NCBI GenBank assembly: GCA_002269645.1
Contig: NIVC01001493.1
Location: forward strand, 124,001-188,000
Origin: Macrostomum lignano
Taxonomy: Eukaryota
Direction: 5' to 3'
DNA: 64,000 nt
Below are positions 1 through 11,620 of the stretch, piece after piece. The notes under the pieces are model-generated. The model ran no database searches. It had not been told where the DNA came from and saw nothing but the letters and a program-made list of their open reading frames with translations. Numbering within the stretch: position 1 is the first letter of the stretch; each line of letters starts with the position of its first letter. Both the position numbers and the translations under genes were made by a program.

Positions 1-144
1 CTGGCGCTGGCTGTTGATGTAGTCCAGGTAGCAGCCGACATAGGTGAAGTAGCGGCTCCTGCCGGCGCTCGAGACGATGCTGATGACCTGACAGGCGAGC
101 AGCAGGCCGGCCGTCAGAAGGATTAGGCCGTGTAGAGACCGCAT
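1..144 (-). CDS. Secreted WSC-domain protein, N-terminus only (continues beyond the window start)
   Basis: ATG at 144-142 on the minus strand, open to base 1: MRSLHGLILLTAGLLLACQVISIVSSAGRSRYFTYVGCYLDYINSQRQ. A hydrophobic signal peptide is followed by YVGCYxD, the typical WSC-domain start. Too short for the ORF track. Confidence 0.7.
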   Translation of the reverse strand, partial: MRSLHGLILLTAGLLLACQVISIVSSAGRSRYFTYVGCYLDYINSQRQ

Positions 145-3100
145 GGCGAGTTGGGGATTTTGTCAAACCGGATGGAATTGAGAGAAAATGAAATCGTTCT
201 GAATCCACTTTCTCTTTTGATAGACAGAGATGCATTTAAAAATGCTCTTAGTCTCCATTTTTTCCGCTCTCTTCCGAATAATATTTGAGCCTCGATTTTT
301 GATGCCTTGGTTACTGATGGAGCCTATTGCAATGCCTTGATTCATTCCAACACTCACGGTCCGTATGCGTGGCAGAATTTGACTTTCGTAGCCATTAAAA
401 TTTACTTCGCATTGATGGCTGAGGAGAAAAGCAGCCAGTTTAATGTGGCTTTTGTTTTGAGACAATGGACAACATGGGAGAGATTTGTACGCGTGCTACT
501 ATAGTCTTGCGTTTGCTTATAATGCTTGCAGTACTTGCCGAGCAGTCAGTTTCACTGCTGCTTTGGGCAGCTGCTCCATCGGCGATCTCAGGTGACGAAC
601 TGGTTGTCCCTGTCTTGAAACAGAATCAATGCCTCCTGCAGCAGTTGCGTGGATGTAAGCATGCAGACACCTTGTTGGTGCTCTTGGCCAGAATAAGGAC
701 GTTCTGAGATAAATATACTCAGTAACAGCGAACCCCCTTTACCTCACACTTCATGGCCCTAAAGTTTCGCATGCCATCGTTGATTCAGACATGTGCCTTT
801 TGATACATTTAGCCTTTCTTATAGCTCTATTGATATTCATAAAGCTTTTTGTTTAGAAATTTAGCCTTCGACGTTAATTTTATATCCTATAGGGAGTTCG
901 GGTTTAAGGTAAAAGGGAAGAAGGTTTTTAGAGCACGAGGTAAATCAGTTTCAAGTCACAGCTTACCATGTATACGCTCGTATAAAGGTCTGCAAATAGA
1001 GACGGTTGAACCGGTTCCTTGAAAAATTCCAGCGTTTTATGCTTGCGCAGTTGGACATGAGCCATGGTCTAGCAATACTTTTACCTCGTGTTCCTCGCTC
1101 AACTACTTAACAAGCAGTAAGCAAAGAAATATAAGAATATTTGTAATAAACATTAACTCTTGACAATCTCTTCTTTCGTGAATAATCCATCCCGAATTTT
1201 TCGTTTGCACAAAAATGGAGGTGTAATTCAAATCTTCGAATTGGTGGGTATAAGGCCTAGTAGCAGGATTTTAATAAATAAAAGTTCCGACCATTGAGTA
1301 TTAGCATTTTTAAACGCAATATATGGATAACATACAAAACATATATATCGACATCTTTATACTTTATAACTTTATAGATATTTTATACAAGGGGTCATGT
1401 AGTTGGTTTTGATGGTGGTATCTTGTTGACAGTGAGGGTGGTTAAAACATTAAGATAATTTTCTCATAAAAAATGATTAACAAAAATTTATGGCTTAATA
1501 TTTTAGGAATGGTTTACGATAATTGATGTCAGACTGTCAAATAAGTTTTGTGACCCTTTGGACATGATGAAGGTTTCCTGTTATCGGATGTATTATCGTA
1601 CCTTGGCTCTCGACCAGAACAAGAACAGGTTCGTTCCAGTATTGCCAGATACGCTTCGACTGCTGTAAGGTTTCCCCGGTGTGCCTGCGATGGAGTGGCC
1701 TTCGTCGCAGTATTCGGTTAGCCGCATCAAAACAGTCTGTTCGTCTATCATTAGTTTGAGATGGATTGGCCTAATAAGGTCTGCCACGATGCGAGTTGTT
1801 CCTTGGAGTGACTGGAGCAAGGACAACTGAAGTTACGTTATATTATTACTATATTATTTTACACTGGCTTAATGAGATTATTAGTTTACAAACTAAAAAC
1901 TCGTTTTCGCTATTGAGTATTGACTAGGAATTGTGACAGACTGACAAATTTCTAAAGAAAATTTGGCGTATTTTTAACGCTGCTTATACATGTAGTCTAC
2001 TATTTTATTACTTACATTTTAACGAAGAACAAAATTCTGGACCTAACGCCGAAAGAATTAGCTTTCTACGTGCAACTAGTCGAGAATTACATATATGTGA
2101 AGACCAGGCCTCCAATAAAAATTACACGATACGCGAGTGTTGCGTCCTACTACTTAAGTTGTCCTTGGACTGGAGGCTGACCGGAATTTCGTTATTCCCC
2201 GCCGTGCTAACGTGTGAAGGTAGTGAAGCATGTCCGATGTTGTTCCGGACATTGTTGCAAGGTTTGGTGACAAATCATGGCATATGATGCAATGCACACA
2301 TTCTCTTCGGCACATTGAGCAACTTGGTACCGTGTCCATCAATTCTCGTCTAAGCACTCTTGGCATTTCTCCATTTGAAAATTAGATAGAAATTATTTCT
2401 GGGAGTAGAAAATGCCGAATAGACCGAATCCGAGAGTGCGCAGGTTTATGCTAGTCGAAGTATGCATGTGAAGATATATAAGAGCGCAGTTAATGTTAAC
2501 GTTCCATATGGTTATGTGCTTGATACAGTAACATACTAAAGCTCTGCGCAATGAGCTTTGCGACTTGAAGCAATGCATATAATTGGCGTGTCGTGTTTAG
2601 TCGATCGCTTTGCCAGCTATCTAATTCGGATAGTGTTATTAATAGAAGGATTAGGTCGGCATTACGTTTATTAAGTATGGGGAGTTTGTTGCTGCGAAAT
2701 CGTTGACCGCTGCACGTACAATGAGAACCTCCTACATCTGATGTTATGACTTTATCTGATTTATTGAAACTTTATAAGTGAATATTTAGTCAGAATTAGA
2801 GTGGAAAAGTGCACTGGTTCTGTGGGGAATATTGGACCAGAATTGCATCCCCACAAAGATCAACGTTCAACTTTACCAACGTTAAAATTACGTCCACCAC
2901 AAAGAGGTTCTCGTTCAGATTCTAGTTGTAGGGAAGTCCTTGGCCTAGCTACCCATAAAATTCTCAATAAAACACTGATCTCCTCATTAAAACCCTATAC
3001 GTTATCCGCGTATACCTCTGCTTCCCCCATCCCCATCTGATGCAGCTGCGTTGCCATCTAAAGCGATCTGTGGCCTCCTTGCTTCTGACGCTCAGGAGTC

Positions 3101-3295
3101 AGGATGAGGGAGAGACAGGCTGATTTGATATATTGAGACTGCTTCTGCCTGCCTTTATAACCCATAAATATTTCATTTCCCTAAGCTGCAGTGGCTCTAC
3201 TTGGCCCCCGCTGCAATGTCTCGCTGCCTTCAATAAAGTTGCGCATTAATTTTAGCAATTTGTGGTTGCCAACGTTCCTCCGTCGATATGGCACC

Positions 3296-3466
<171 letters not shown>

Positions 3467-4657
3467 AGGGCGCCCCCAATCTCAGGCACGGACGCGGTAC
3501 ATGTAAAAAGGACAAACAAGTCAAGGGGTAAAGTTGCCGATATTTCGAATATTTCGACCCTTTAGCCGAAGCATCTCACAGTGCTTTGCTGGTTTGCACA
3601 AACAACAAGCAGCATCTCAGATGTGCTTGATTTCAACAGCAATTTAGAAAGCCAAACAACAGGCAGCACTCAAAGATTGTTGCTAACCAATATTTTATCA
3701 TAAGGATGCATAAATATGAGGCTAGGAAATCCTTGTATATAATTGTTCGAAAAAACTAACGTGAGAAAAGGTTAATATAGTCTGGAAAGTGAAAATTACA
3801 GGAATTTACAGCTACTGTAAGGGTATCAAGCACAAAAAGCTACATAAATTTGCAACAAAGCTAATGGCTACTTTGTAGCTCTGGTTTGCTAAAATGTTTA
3901 ACTTTTGTCACCAAAAAAAGTTGCTTTCTTCACTATTGAGTATTAAAGTTTAGTGCAGCGATCAGGTTTAGCATATAGGAATGTCAAAACAAAGACCTGC
4001 AGTGATAAGCATGAAGAGAAACTGCAAATTGAGTTCAAGAAGGAGAGGGAGAAAGGAAAACGGTCAGCTGTTAAAAACACTTCAAAATGACAAAAGAAAC
4101 GGCCATTTCCTGTAGGCGTTGCTGCGCCATGCACCAACCTAAACCTAAGCTGGTGGGGCCTGAATTGAAAATCTGTGTCTGGACAAAATTAGGCTTGAAA
4201 ATCATTGGGATCGTGACCCGATAAATCAATAAATGCAGCAGCTGACCTGCAGGAAATGTGATCCACAGTTTGGAGCTCAGCTGGATATCAGACACTCAAA
4301 CGTTTTCATCGAGTACGATTGCAATGTTTTGAGTTCGGGTCTCGCTAGCGCAGGCCTGCTGGCAAATTGTTCGTGCGGTACAAAACTAAATAGAGGGTTA
4401 AATTATAAGCCTTTTAAAGCTTCTGATAGTAAGCCACAGTTGCGGAAGCTCTAAACTTAATCCCTACTCACCCAGAACTGATAAATAAACAAAATATAAT
4501 TACCTACTAACGCAAGGCTAAACAGTCCATTTTAATCTTCGGTGTTTGGATTAAGTTCAAGTGTAGTAATTATTTAGTCCCTAAGACGGCGGTCTTTGTT
4601 TCTCTTTAATGTACTTCAATTCTTTTTAATTCAACTGCATGGAAGTTACGTTGAAAG

Positions 4658-5758
4658 TCAGTTGAAAATCAGGCACTCAAACGTCTTCATCGAATACGAT
4701 ATAACAAGTGCGCTACCAGATCCAGATGCATGAAGATAGTAATAGATTCCCTGTGAATTAATATTGGGATGCTCTTTGTAGACTCCGTTCGGGTCCATGA
4801 ATGCACACTGCCCGTACCACCAACCAGCCTGCCTGTTCTGTGCGCAGCTGCCTCCGCTCGAGTTGTCATTGTCGGAGTCCGGAGTGCTGAACTGCCAGTT
4901 GTTCGGTGAGTAGTTCGCATAAGTCCGCTGTCCGACACTCGACCTGCTCGCGTCCAGAGGTCCCATCGAGCACCTGTACTTGTCGCTCGCTGGGCCAACA
5001 GAGAACGGAGCATTCTCAGCCCAGTACCAGGTGCCGTTCCAGTCGCTGAACTCCCAGCGGACTCTCCACACTCCGGTGGCGGTGAGCTGGTGGAGCTGCT
5101 CCAGTCCCATCCAGTAGTTGAGACTCTCGCCCTGACCGAATCCGCTCGCGTAGTCCGCCCAGTTCCGGTTGAAGCTGACGGAGCCGTCGACTCTGTGCTG
5201 GAAGGTCGTCCAGCACTTCACCGGGTTTCTCATCTGCAATGGGCGATGCGGTGCTGCATTTCGTGCACGCATATTGATGCGGTGCTGCATTTCGTGCACG
5301 CATATTGATGCGGTGCTGCATTTCGTGCACGCATATTGATGCGGTGCTGCATTTCGTGCACGCATATTGATGCGGTGCTGCATTTCGTGCACGCATATTG
5401 ATGCGGTGCTGCATTTCGTGCACGCATATTGATGCGGTGCTGCAAAGTGCAGAAGCCACAAAGCAAAGCCCAGCTCGCTCACCCACAGCTGAGACAGGCT
5501 GGAGTCGCTGGCGTGCCGACACTTCCTGCAGGCGTCCATCGCTCCCCGATCGCAGGCCAGCAGCGAGCAGGAGCCCGAGGCCGCGTCGAAGCGGACGGCA
5601 TCCGCGTTCTCAGCAAGCATCGTACAGTGAATGTCGCTGATGGCCAGCTTCACCGCCAGCACCCGGTACTCGGCGAGGTCGCCTCGGTGGCGCTCCCAGC
5701 CGGAGTTTGCGGCCGTTGCAGTCGCCATGACAGCGCAGATGATGAGCAAAGCATGCAT
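4658..5758 (-). CDS. Secreted fibrinogen-related protein with an N-terminal PAN/apple-like module, 2 exons, ~283 aa
   Basis: Exon 1 5758-5483 (signal peptide; Cys-containing RFDAASGSCSLL module; donor TGG|GTGAGC). Exon 2 5233-4658 (acceptor ttgcag|ATG). Fibrinogen C-domain motifs WTTFQHRVDGSVSFNRNWADYASGFG, YWMGLEQLHQLT, FSTPDSDNDN, CAQNRQAGWWYGQC. Confidence 0.9.
   Translation of the reverse strand: MHALLIICAVMATATAANSGWERHRGDLAEYRVLAVKLAISDIHCTMLAENADAVRFDAASGSCSLLACDRGAMDACRKCRHASDSSLSQLWVSELGFALWLLHFAAPHQYACTKCSTASICVHEMQHRINMRARNAAPHQYACTKCSTASICVHEMQHRINMRARNAAPHRPLQMRNPVKCWTTFQHRVDGSVSFNRNWADYASGFGQGESLNYWMGLEQLHQLTATGVWRVRWEFSDWNGTWYWAENAPFSVGPASDKYRCSMGPLDASRSSVGQRTYANYSPNNWQFSTPDSDNDNSSGGSCAQNRQAGWWYGQCAFMDPNGVYKEHPNINSQGIYYYLHASGSGSALVISYSMKTFECLIFN
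5245..5444. repeat. 31-bp minisatellite (~6.4 copies) in the fibrinogen-gene intron
   Basis: Unit ATGCGGTGCTGCATTTCGTGCACGCATATTG. Confidence 0.95.
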
Positions 5759-7131
5759 TGTGTCGCAGTTGTTTGAGACTCCGCAGTTTTGCTCCGTGTG
5801 GTGGCATCCCGTGAGGCTGCGCTTTGATAACTTGAGTTTGGAGGTGGGTGACTGAGTTTTGTTTATTCACAACTGCTTGCCGACTTGAGCGCACAAGCAA
5901 ATGAGGGAAGAGAATTGAGGCGTCAATTCCCGACTTCTCTACTCAGTGTACGGCTGTGCTACTGAATCATATAGCTGGGACTTATGGCAATTGGTGGTCT
6001 GGATAAGCAGGGCTCTGTAGCATATAGAATGTGAGCATAGATGTGCAGATTAATGGAAAATACTCGTACATCACTTTGTCTTAGGTCTCTGTTCATAGAA
6101 TACCTGAGCTGATGTTTTAATGAAGTGTAGAGATCTCCAAACACAGTAGCCTACTAAAAGTAGTAACATAAAGTTATGAATACAAAATTAAAAATAGCTA
6201 CACGTCAAATTCTATTTTTAGTAATACCAGCAATATCACGCAAACAGCGAGTGACTATGCTATTGTTCGAAAAAACCGGTTTTCGACATTTATTTTTAGA
6301 ACTTCCAAATATGGTAAATGTTAACCTGAATGTGACCCAAGTCTCACCCTTTTCTATTCAAAAACACCACCTGTCAAATAATAAAATTCCTTTCGTGAAC
6401 TCATCAAAAAAACCGGTTTTGAGCTCAAGGCCGACAAATTGTGTATAAATACAAACGCAAAATCCGAGCTGAAATCTCAGACTCGGAGCAGCCTCCAAAG
6501 ATCTTGGGCTTTGCAAGAGCAGCCAAACGAGGCCATATCTCTGAGGACGAGATAAACACTAATTGGTAAGCTTTGTTCGAGTCTTCATTATTTTGATTAT
6601 TGAGAGCGATTGTTATTGCCGGCCGTTACTGTTCAGTGATTTTACTGAGTCTATTGAGTTTGAGGCCTCCCTTTTCCTAAGGGATTGGATAGGATCTGCG
6701 GACCGATTCCGATACCCTTAGAGGATTATCGAGTTATTGATTTTGAATTATCCTAGATTAACCGATAGGAGCACACGACTCCGATTCCGTTAGTTCTAGA
6801 AGAAGACGCCCTTTCTGGAGGACCTCGTATTGTTATAGAAGTTGATTTTGTTATTAGGGCGCATCGTTGATATTGATTTCGGAACTCGAGGAATATATTG
6901 AATTCTGCACTCGAGGAAATACTGCGACGTCGATTTAATTGTTACGCTCTCACTTTCGGCCGATTTTAGACTTCAAGAAGACTACCCCGGGAGGAACAGC
7001 TCTGCAAAGACCAGCTCTACAGACGCGCGCGACAAAGAAGAGGAGCCCGCAACAGTAAGTGATCACTAAAATTTGTTCCCAGGCTTAGGGTCTGGAAGTG
7101 GGAGTTCGAGCGTTTAGACACTAGACATAAT

Positions 7132-7185
<54 letters not shown>

Positions 7186-7194
7186 CCTCTCTCT
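7132..7194. repeat. (CT)n microsatellite
   Basis: CT dinucleotide run. Confidence 0.97.
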
Positions 7195-7339
7195 AGTGTG
7201 CTAAAGCGAACTCTTCAGAAGTTAGCGATTGGGAATAAGGGCAAGGCTCTAAATCGACCCCTTTTGCTATTCATGTTCCTTTGCTGGTTTCCTGTTTTGC
7301 TGGTTAATGCATTATTAATACATTTAAAGTCGAGGTGCT

Positions 7340-7560
7340 CACTGTGCCGGCTGACATCCCAGTGGACCTGACATGCCGCGACACAGACGGGCAGAAGACA
7401 ACGCTGACACGCTGCCTGCGGTTCATCTTCCTCGGCGGTCTGGTGCCCCACGTATAAAGGAGGGCATCTGGCGGCAGAGAGGATACCCTGAGCGGCCGAC
7501 TGATCCATCCAGACCGAGAGCTCCTGCCCTTAGGTTCTACACGGCGTCCTGCTGTTGACC
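7340..7560 (+). mobile_element. Degenerate RTE-like LINE fragment (end of RT domain)
   Basis: Translates as ...TLTRCLRFIFLGGLVPHV* followed by a frameshifted EDLRRRRGLAWAAF-like segment; same motif as in the 8985-9555 fragment. Confidence 0.55.
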
Positions 7561-7769
7561 TTGCAGGGCCCATTTAGGCGGAGCCAAGCCCGAACTCATT
7601 GATACGTGCACTGTCTGTTGTGCGACGTCAGGGCGCTCGACATCGCTGGCGGAGCGGACTTTGCAATCTGAATCACCCTGGACACTTGACCTTACTTGGC
7701 TGCGTCTTTTGTTGTCATTGTTTTCGTTGTTGTTGTTGTTGTGTGTGTGTGTGTGTGTGTGTCGGCATA

Positions 7770-8250
7770 CGCCTCTCAAACGGTCCACTGCGAGTGGGCC
7801 GCCCTGAGGAACTTAACCACCATATCTTTCTTCCTGAGATCGGCCACCGATTCCATCCCAAGATGTTTATGGAGTCCATAAGCGGCTCTCGAATTAGCGG
7901 CTCTTGAATGCCGCTACGCAGAGCTGATGAGCATCCAGCAGCTGGCGGCCTGCTTGCAAGAGCCGTCTCTGAGCACCATCCTCCACTGTCGCCGAATGGC
8001 CCTGGTGGACCACTGCTTCCGTAGCCATGGTCGAGGGTAAGCTTTCCCTCTGACCAACCCTGATGCTGCACGACCCGACGGAGCCCCTGCGCGTGGCCAA
8101 GCCTGCACCACCACCCTGCGGGCCACACTGACGGACGACCTGCTGAGCATCGGCCTGACCCCTTTGTCCACCACTGACCGTTTCCCCCAGCCTGTTCAAA
8201 CGGTGTGTGCTCGTTAACACTGACTAGCGTCATTAATAATAATAATAAAT
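7770..8250 (+). mobile_element. 3' end of an RTE-like non-LTR retrotransposon with a (TAA)n tail
   Basis: Frame PSLSTILHCRRMALVDHCFRS*...RGQACTTTLRATLTDDLLSIGLTP resembles the C-terminus of RTE ORFs; ends in TAATAATAATAATAAA at ~8235-8250. Confidence 0.7.
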
Positions 8251-8844
8251 GGTGTCATTATGAATTGTATAGCATAAACTATAACATAACTTCTAGGCGT
8301 CAGCACCACGGGCTTTAGCACCAGGGGCGCCATAATTGGGGATGCAACTTTTCAGATTTTTAATGGCGAATAGTAACTTTTGTTGCATTAGGCATTATCC
8401 CGTTTCGGTTGGTTGCACCGACACATGCCATTGTAAGTAAGCGGTAAGTAATTTGAACATTTCCCGATCCTTTGCCCAGGTGATTAAGGATTGCACTGTA
8501 ATTGCAGGCTTGTATGCTTTTTAGCTAAGAGTGGGTTCTCACCAGCCTGAATTAGAAGACTGTGCGACCTTTGACAGTGAGCCATCTTTCCGACTGAGAC
8601 TGTTAAATGAAGACGAGAGACGAAATAACATGAATTCTGTCGAAAGAGTACGAATTTGTACTGTAGTTGTCTGGAGACAAGTCTGTAGAAAGTCTGGTGT
8701 AATTTACTGAATCTCCCACTCCACATCCACTCCACATCCACTATAGCTAGCGTGCAGGCTTGTCAAGAAATGTTGATACACACTCAGCAACTGTCAAAAC
8801 CGCCGCCCTACCGACAGAGGCGACTTCTCTCTCACCTCAACCGC

Positions 8845-8915
8845 AAGACCTGGACTGAATAGCCGTGCGCAGCCTTCAGATGCACCGCGCAATAGCTGCG
8901 GCTGAGCTGTCGCGG
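8845..8915 (+). mobile_element. Partial copy of the SINE family (3' part)
   Basis: GGACTGAATAGCCGTGCGCAGCCTTCAGATGCACCGCGCAATAGCTGCGGCTGAGCTGTC closely matches 43282-43345. Confidence 0.8.
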
Positions 8916-8984
8916 TTGCAACAACAGCAATAAAATAGCTATAGGTTGTCAGCCAGTCAAGTGAATCATGAGAGGCAAAGACAA

Positions 8985-9555
8985 CGTCACAGGGCGGCGC
9001 ATTTCAGGGCCTGGGCGCGAACCTAGGCCGCACTGCCGCCAGTGTCCGGGATGCCAGCATCAACCAGTAGGCAGTCGACAAAACGTCGAGTGTGTGCCTG
9101 TCCCCGCCGGTAGGGATTCACCTCCTGCACCAGCTGCGGGCAGTAGGACTCGGAATAGATGATGTGGCTTGCCAGCTGGAGTCGCCGACGGCGCAACAGT
9201 TCGCTAGGACGGGACAGGCCGGTGCGAAATAGAGTCCGCATTGGTGACATGCTCCTAGCCGAACTTGAAGGCGGCGCGCAGCAGGCCAGCGTGCGCTGCA
9301 GCATCGACCTGCTGTTCGAGCGATTCCGTCAGCGTCCAGGTCTCGGCTTTATACAACAGGACGACCTCAATCACCGCCTGGAACAGCGCCGCCTTCTGGC
9401 GGTCAAGCAGGGCCTCGGAGTGCAGAACAGCCCTCACGGAACGAAAGGCAGCCGAGGCAAGTCCGCGGCGACGTCACAGGTCCTCAGCGAAGAGCTAGGA
9501 TCTGCGCCATTGTGCCGCGATGGGGCCGGAACCCGTTCTGCTCAGGCCGCAACGA
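8985..9555 (-). mobile_element. RTE-clade LINE fragment with an internal deletion of the RT core
   Basis: EQNGFRPHRGTMAQILALR (early RT) is joined directly to EDL*RRRGLASAAFRSVRAVLHSEALLDRQKAALFQAVIEVVLLYKAETWTLT...RRRRLQLASHII...RRGQAHTRRFVDCLL (post-RT C-terminus). Confidence 0.85.
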
Positions 9556-10057
9556 ATTGACTGAATCTAGGATGCATGAGCTTAATTCAAAACTTTGTAC
9601 ATGTATGTTAGTGTCTGTCTATCAGGGACTCGCACTCCGCAGTCCACGCTCCTGGCACCAGTCTTTGTCTGGCCGTAAGGTCATCAAACACAATTAATGT
9701 GTGAGCCTTGCTCATACAAACGTTTTGTCTTTTTCATTTGGAGTCAGGCTCCACAATGTAAATACGAGTATGTTTAAATACACGTAGATATTGAACAGAA
9801 TAGACAGAATTTGACCATTCAAGTTCAAGCTTTGTTACATCTCTCGTACTTGTATTTGGGAGAGTCTTCAGTACGTGAACAAGCTGAGTATATTGAACGG
9901 AGGGATCTGAGATCAAAGCTGGTGTTTAAAATGTATACGCGTACGTGTCTTGCTTATATTTTCATACAGGCCTGAACTGTTTTGGAGCCAAAAACAGAGC
10001 CTAAGCTAAGTGTATAGCCACAGCGTATTGAGCTGCAGTAATACGGTAGCTCTGTGT

Positions 10058-11236
10058 AATAATGATAATAATAATTGATTGATACATACACCTGCCCTAA
10101 TGAGCAGATGTGCAACCGACAGCTCAGCCGAAGCTATGGCACAGCGCATCTGAAAACTGCGTAAGGCTGTTCAGTCCAAGGACTGAAGGGTGGCCACACA
10201 CCCTTAATTACCCCAGCTAATGCTGGCACCCACTTTACTACTGGGATAACTGAAGCAATGCAGAGTTAAGCGTCTTGCTTAGGGATTGCAAATCCCGGCT
10301 GTTCTACGATCCCGGGATCCCGGACGAAGCTATGACTCAATCCGGGATCCCGGACCCAATCCCGGGATTGACATTTTAATTATTTTGCCAGAATGCCAGA
10401 AAACCCGCTTCAAATTAAGAATGCATTCTGCACTTGGTCCAACTTACTATATTACTACTATACTATATACAATATATACGTATATATACGTATATATCGA
10501 CATATACGATATATGCGATATACTACTATACTATACTACTACTATACAATATGTAATATATACATGTAAGTAGTATATCGTATATATCGTATATATACGA
10601 TACGATATACGATATATCGTACGATATATACGATATAATACTTATATACATGTACTATATATTGTACTGTATAGTAGTAGTATAGTAGTATAGTATAGTA
10701 TAGTACTACTATGAAATACTACTATATAAATAAAATATGAATACATGCATGCAAAATTATCTCCCAGTCATTTTTCAATGCTTTTATGAGCGCGTATGTA
10801 CATAACACAAGTTACACAAGTAACTCAAGTAGTCAAATACACAAACACAACACAAGTTTGAGATTGTTTGTTTGTTTGTATTGTATGTATTGTATAATTT
10901 GTATTGTATCACGATTCGAGAATCGAGAGTCACGTCACAATCACGACGCGCTCGAATGTTACTTGTGTAATGTATTTAAAATACGAACATTTTGATATTT
11001 CCTGGATATCACCCACTTTATCAAAAAAGTTTCCAATCCCGGGATCCCGAGCCCCTAATCCCGGGATTCCTTCAGGCCAAAAAGTGTCCGGGACCCCGGG
11101 ATTCGGGATCCCGGGATCCCGGGATTGCAATCCCTAGTCTTGCTCAAGGACACAAATTGTCCCGAGTGGGTGGTGAATCGAACCCCCGACTTTTCAGTCG
11201 CGAGTCCGATGCTCTAACCTCTAGACTTCAACCCGG
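10058..11236 (-). mobile_element. tRNA-derived SINE, split by a hAT-type MITE
   Basis: Minus strand: tRNA-like head with B box GGTTCGATTC (~11236-11165) and central GTGTCCTTGAGCAAGAC|GCTTAACTCTGCATTGCTTCAGT. The 3' region matches 43185-43400 and ends in a (TTA)-type tail. Confidence 0.8.
10280..11136. mobile_element. Non-autonomous hAT-type DNA transposon (MITE), 857 bp
   Basis: TIRs TAGGGATTGCA...TGCAATCCCTA; 8-bp TSD GTCTTGCT at 10272-10279 and 11137-11144; subterminal CCGGGAT/ATCCCGG repeats; AT-rich non-coding interior. Confidence 0.92.
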
Positions 11237-11620
11237 TCCCCTTTGTGTCACAAATTCCATTTACTGTCGTATAAGAAAAGTATGGCTGACGGCTACAGAA
11301 TACCACCGAAAAAAATGAAACAAAAATTCTCTGTAGATCGGGTCTATATATGGTTTATGTGTAGCGTTCACTATTAAAATTGAATAAGTTATTAAAAATC
11401 GATTTGTTGTTAAATGCACGCTTAGAAAACTGTGGAATGTGTGTTTAGGAAAAATTTGAACTGGAATTTATCTTTCGCCTCTATCGAGTAGTTTTTTTTA
11501 ATTTGGCTTGCTGGTAAAACACTAAAATGAGAAAAACTGTTTTCCGTGAGATCGACTTCTTTGATTTTGAGTTAATTGCAACAGTCTGAAACTGAGAAAG
11601 AAATTTACCACTGGAGAATA

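Noticed and set aside
922-1093. Small MITE from a 14-bp inverted repeat (GAGCACGAGGTAAA / TTTACCTCGTGTTC)
   Set aside because: No TSD and no second copy in the window.
2154-2366. BED zinc-finger / hAT transposase fragment (CIIC...SGTTSDMLHYLH)
   Set aside because: Resemblance is weak, the spacing is imperfect, and no downstream transposase or TIRs were found.
6440-7127. Second solo LTR (TG...CA, LTR-like composition)
   Set aside because: No matching TSD (AAAT vs TAAT) and no terminal inverted repeat; plausible but unsupported. The same applies to ~2600-3257.
11160-11236. tRNA gene (also 49452-49520 and 50261-50320)
   Set aside because: A/B-box-like motifs are present, but I could not form a complete cloverleaf, and each continues into a repeated SINE body.
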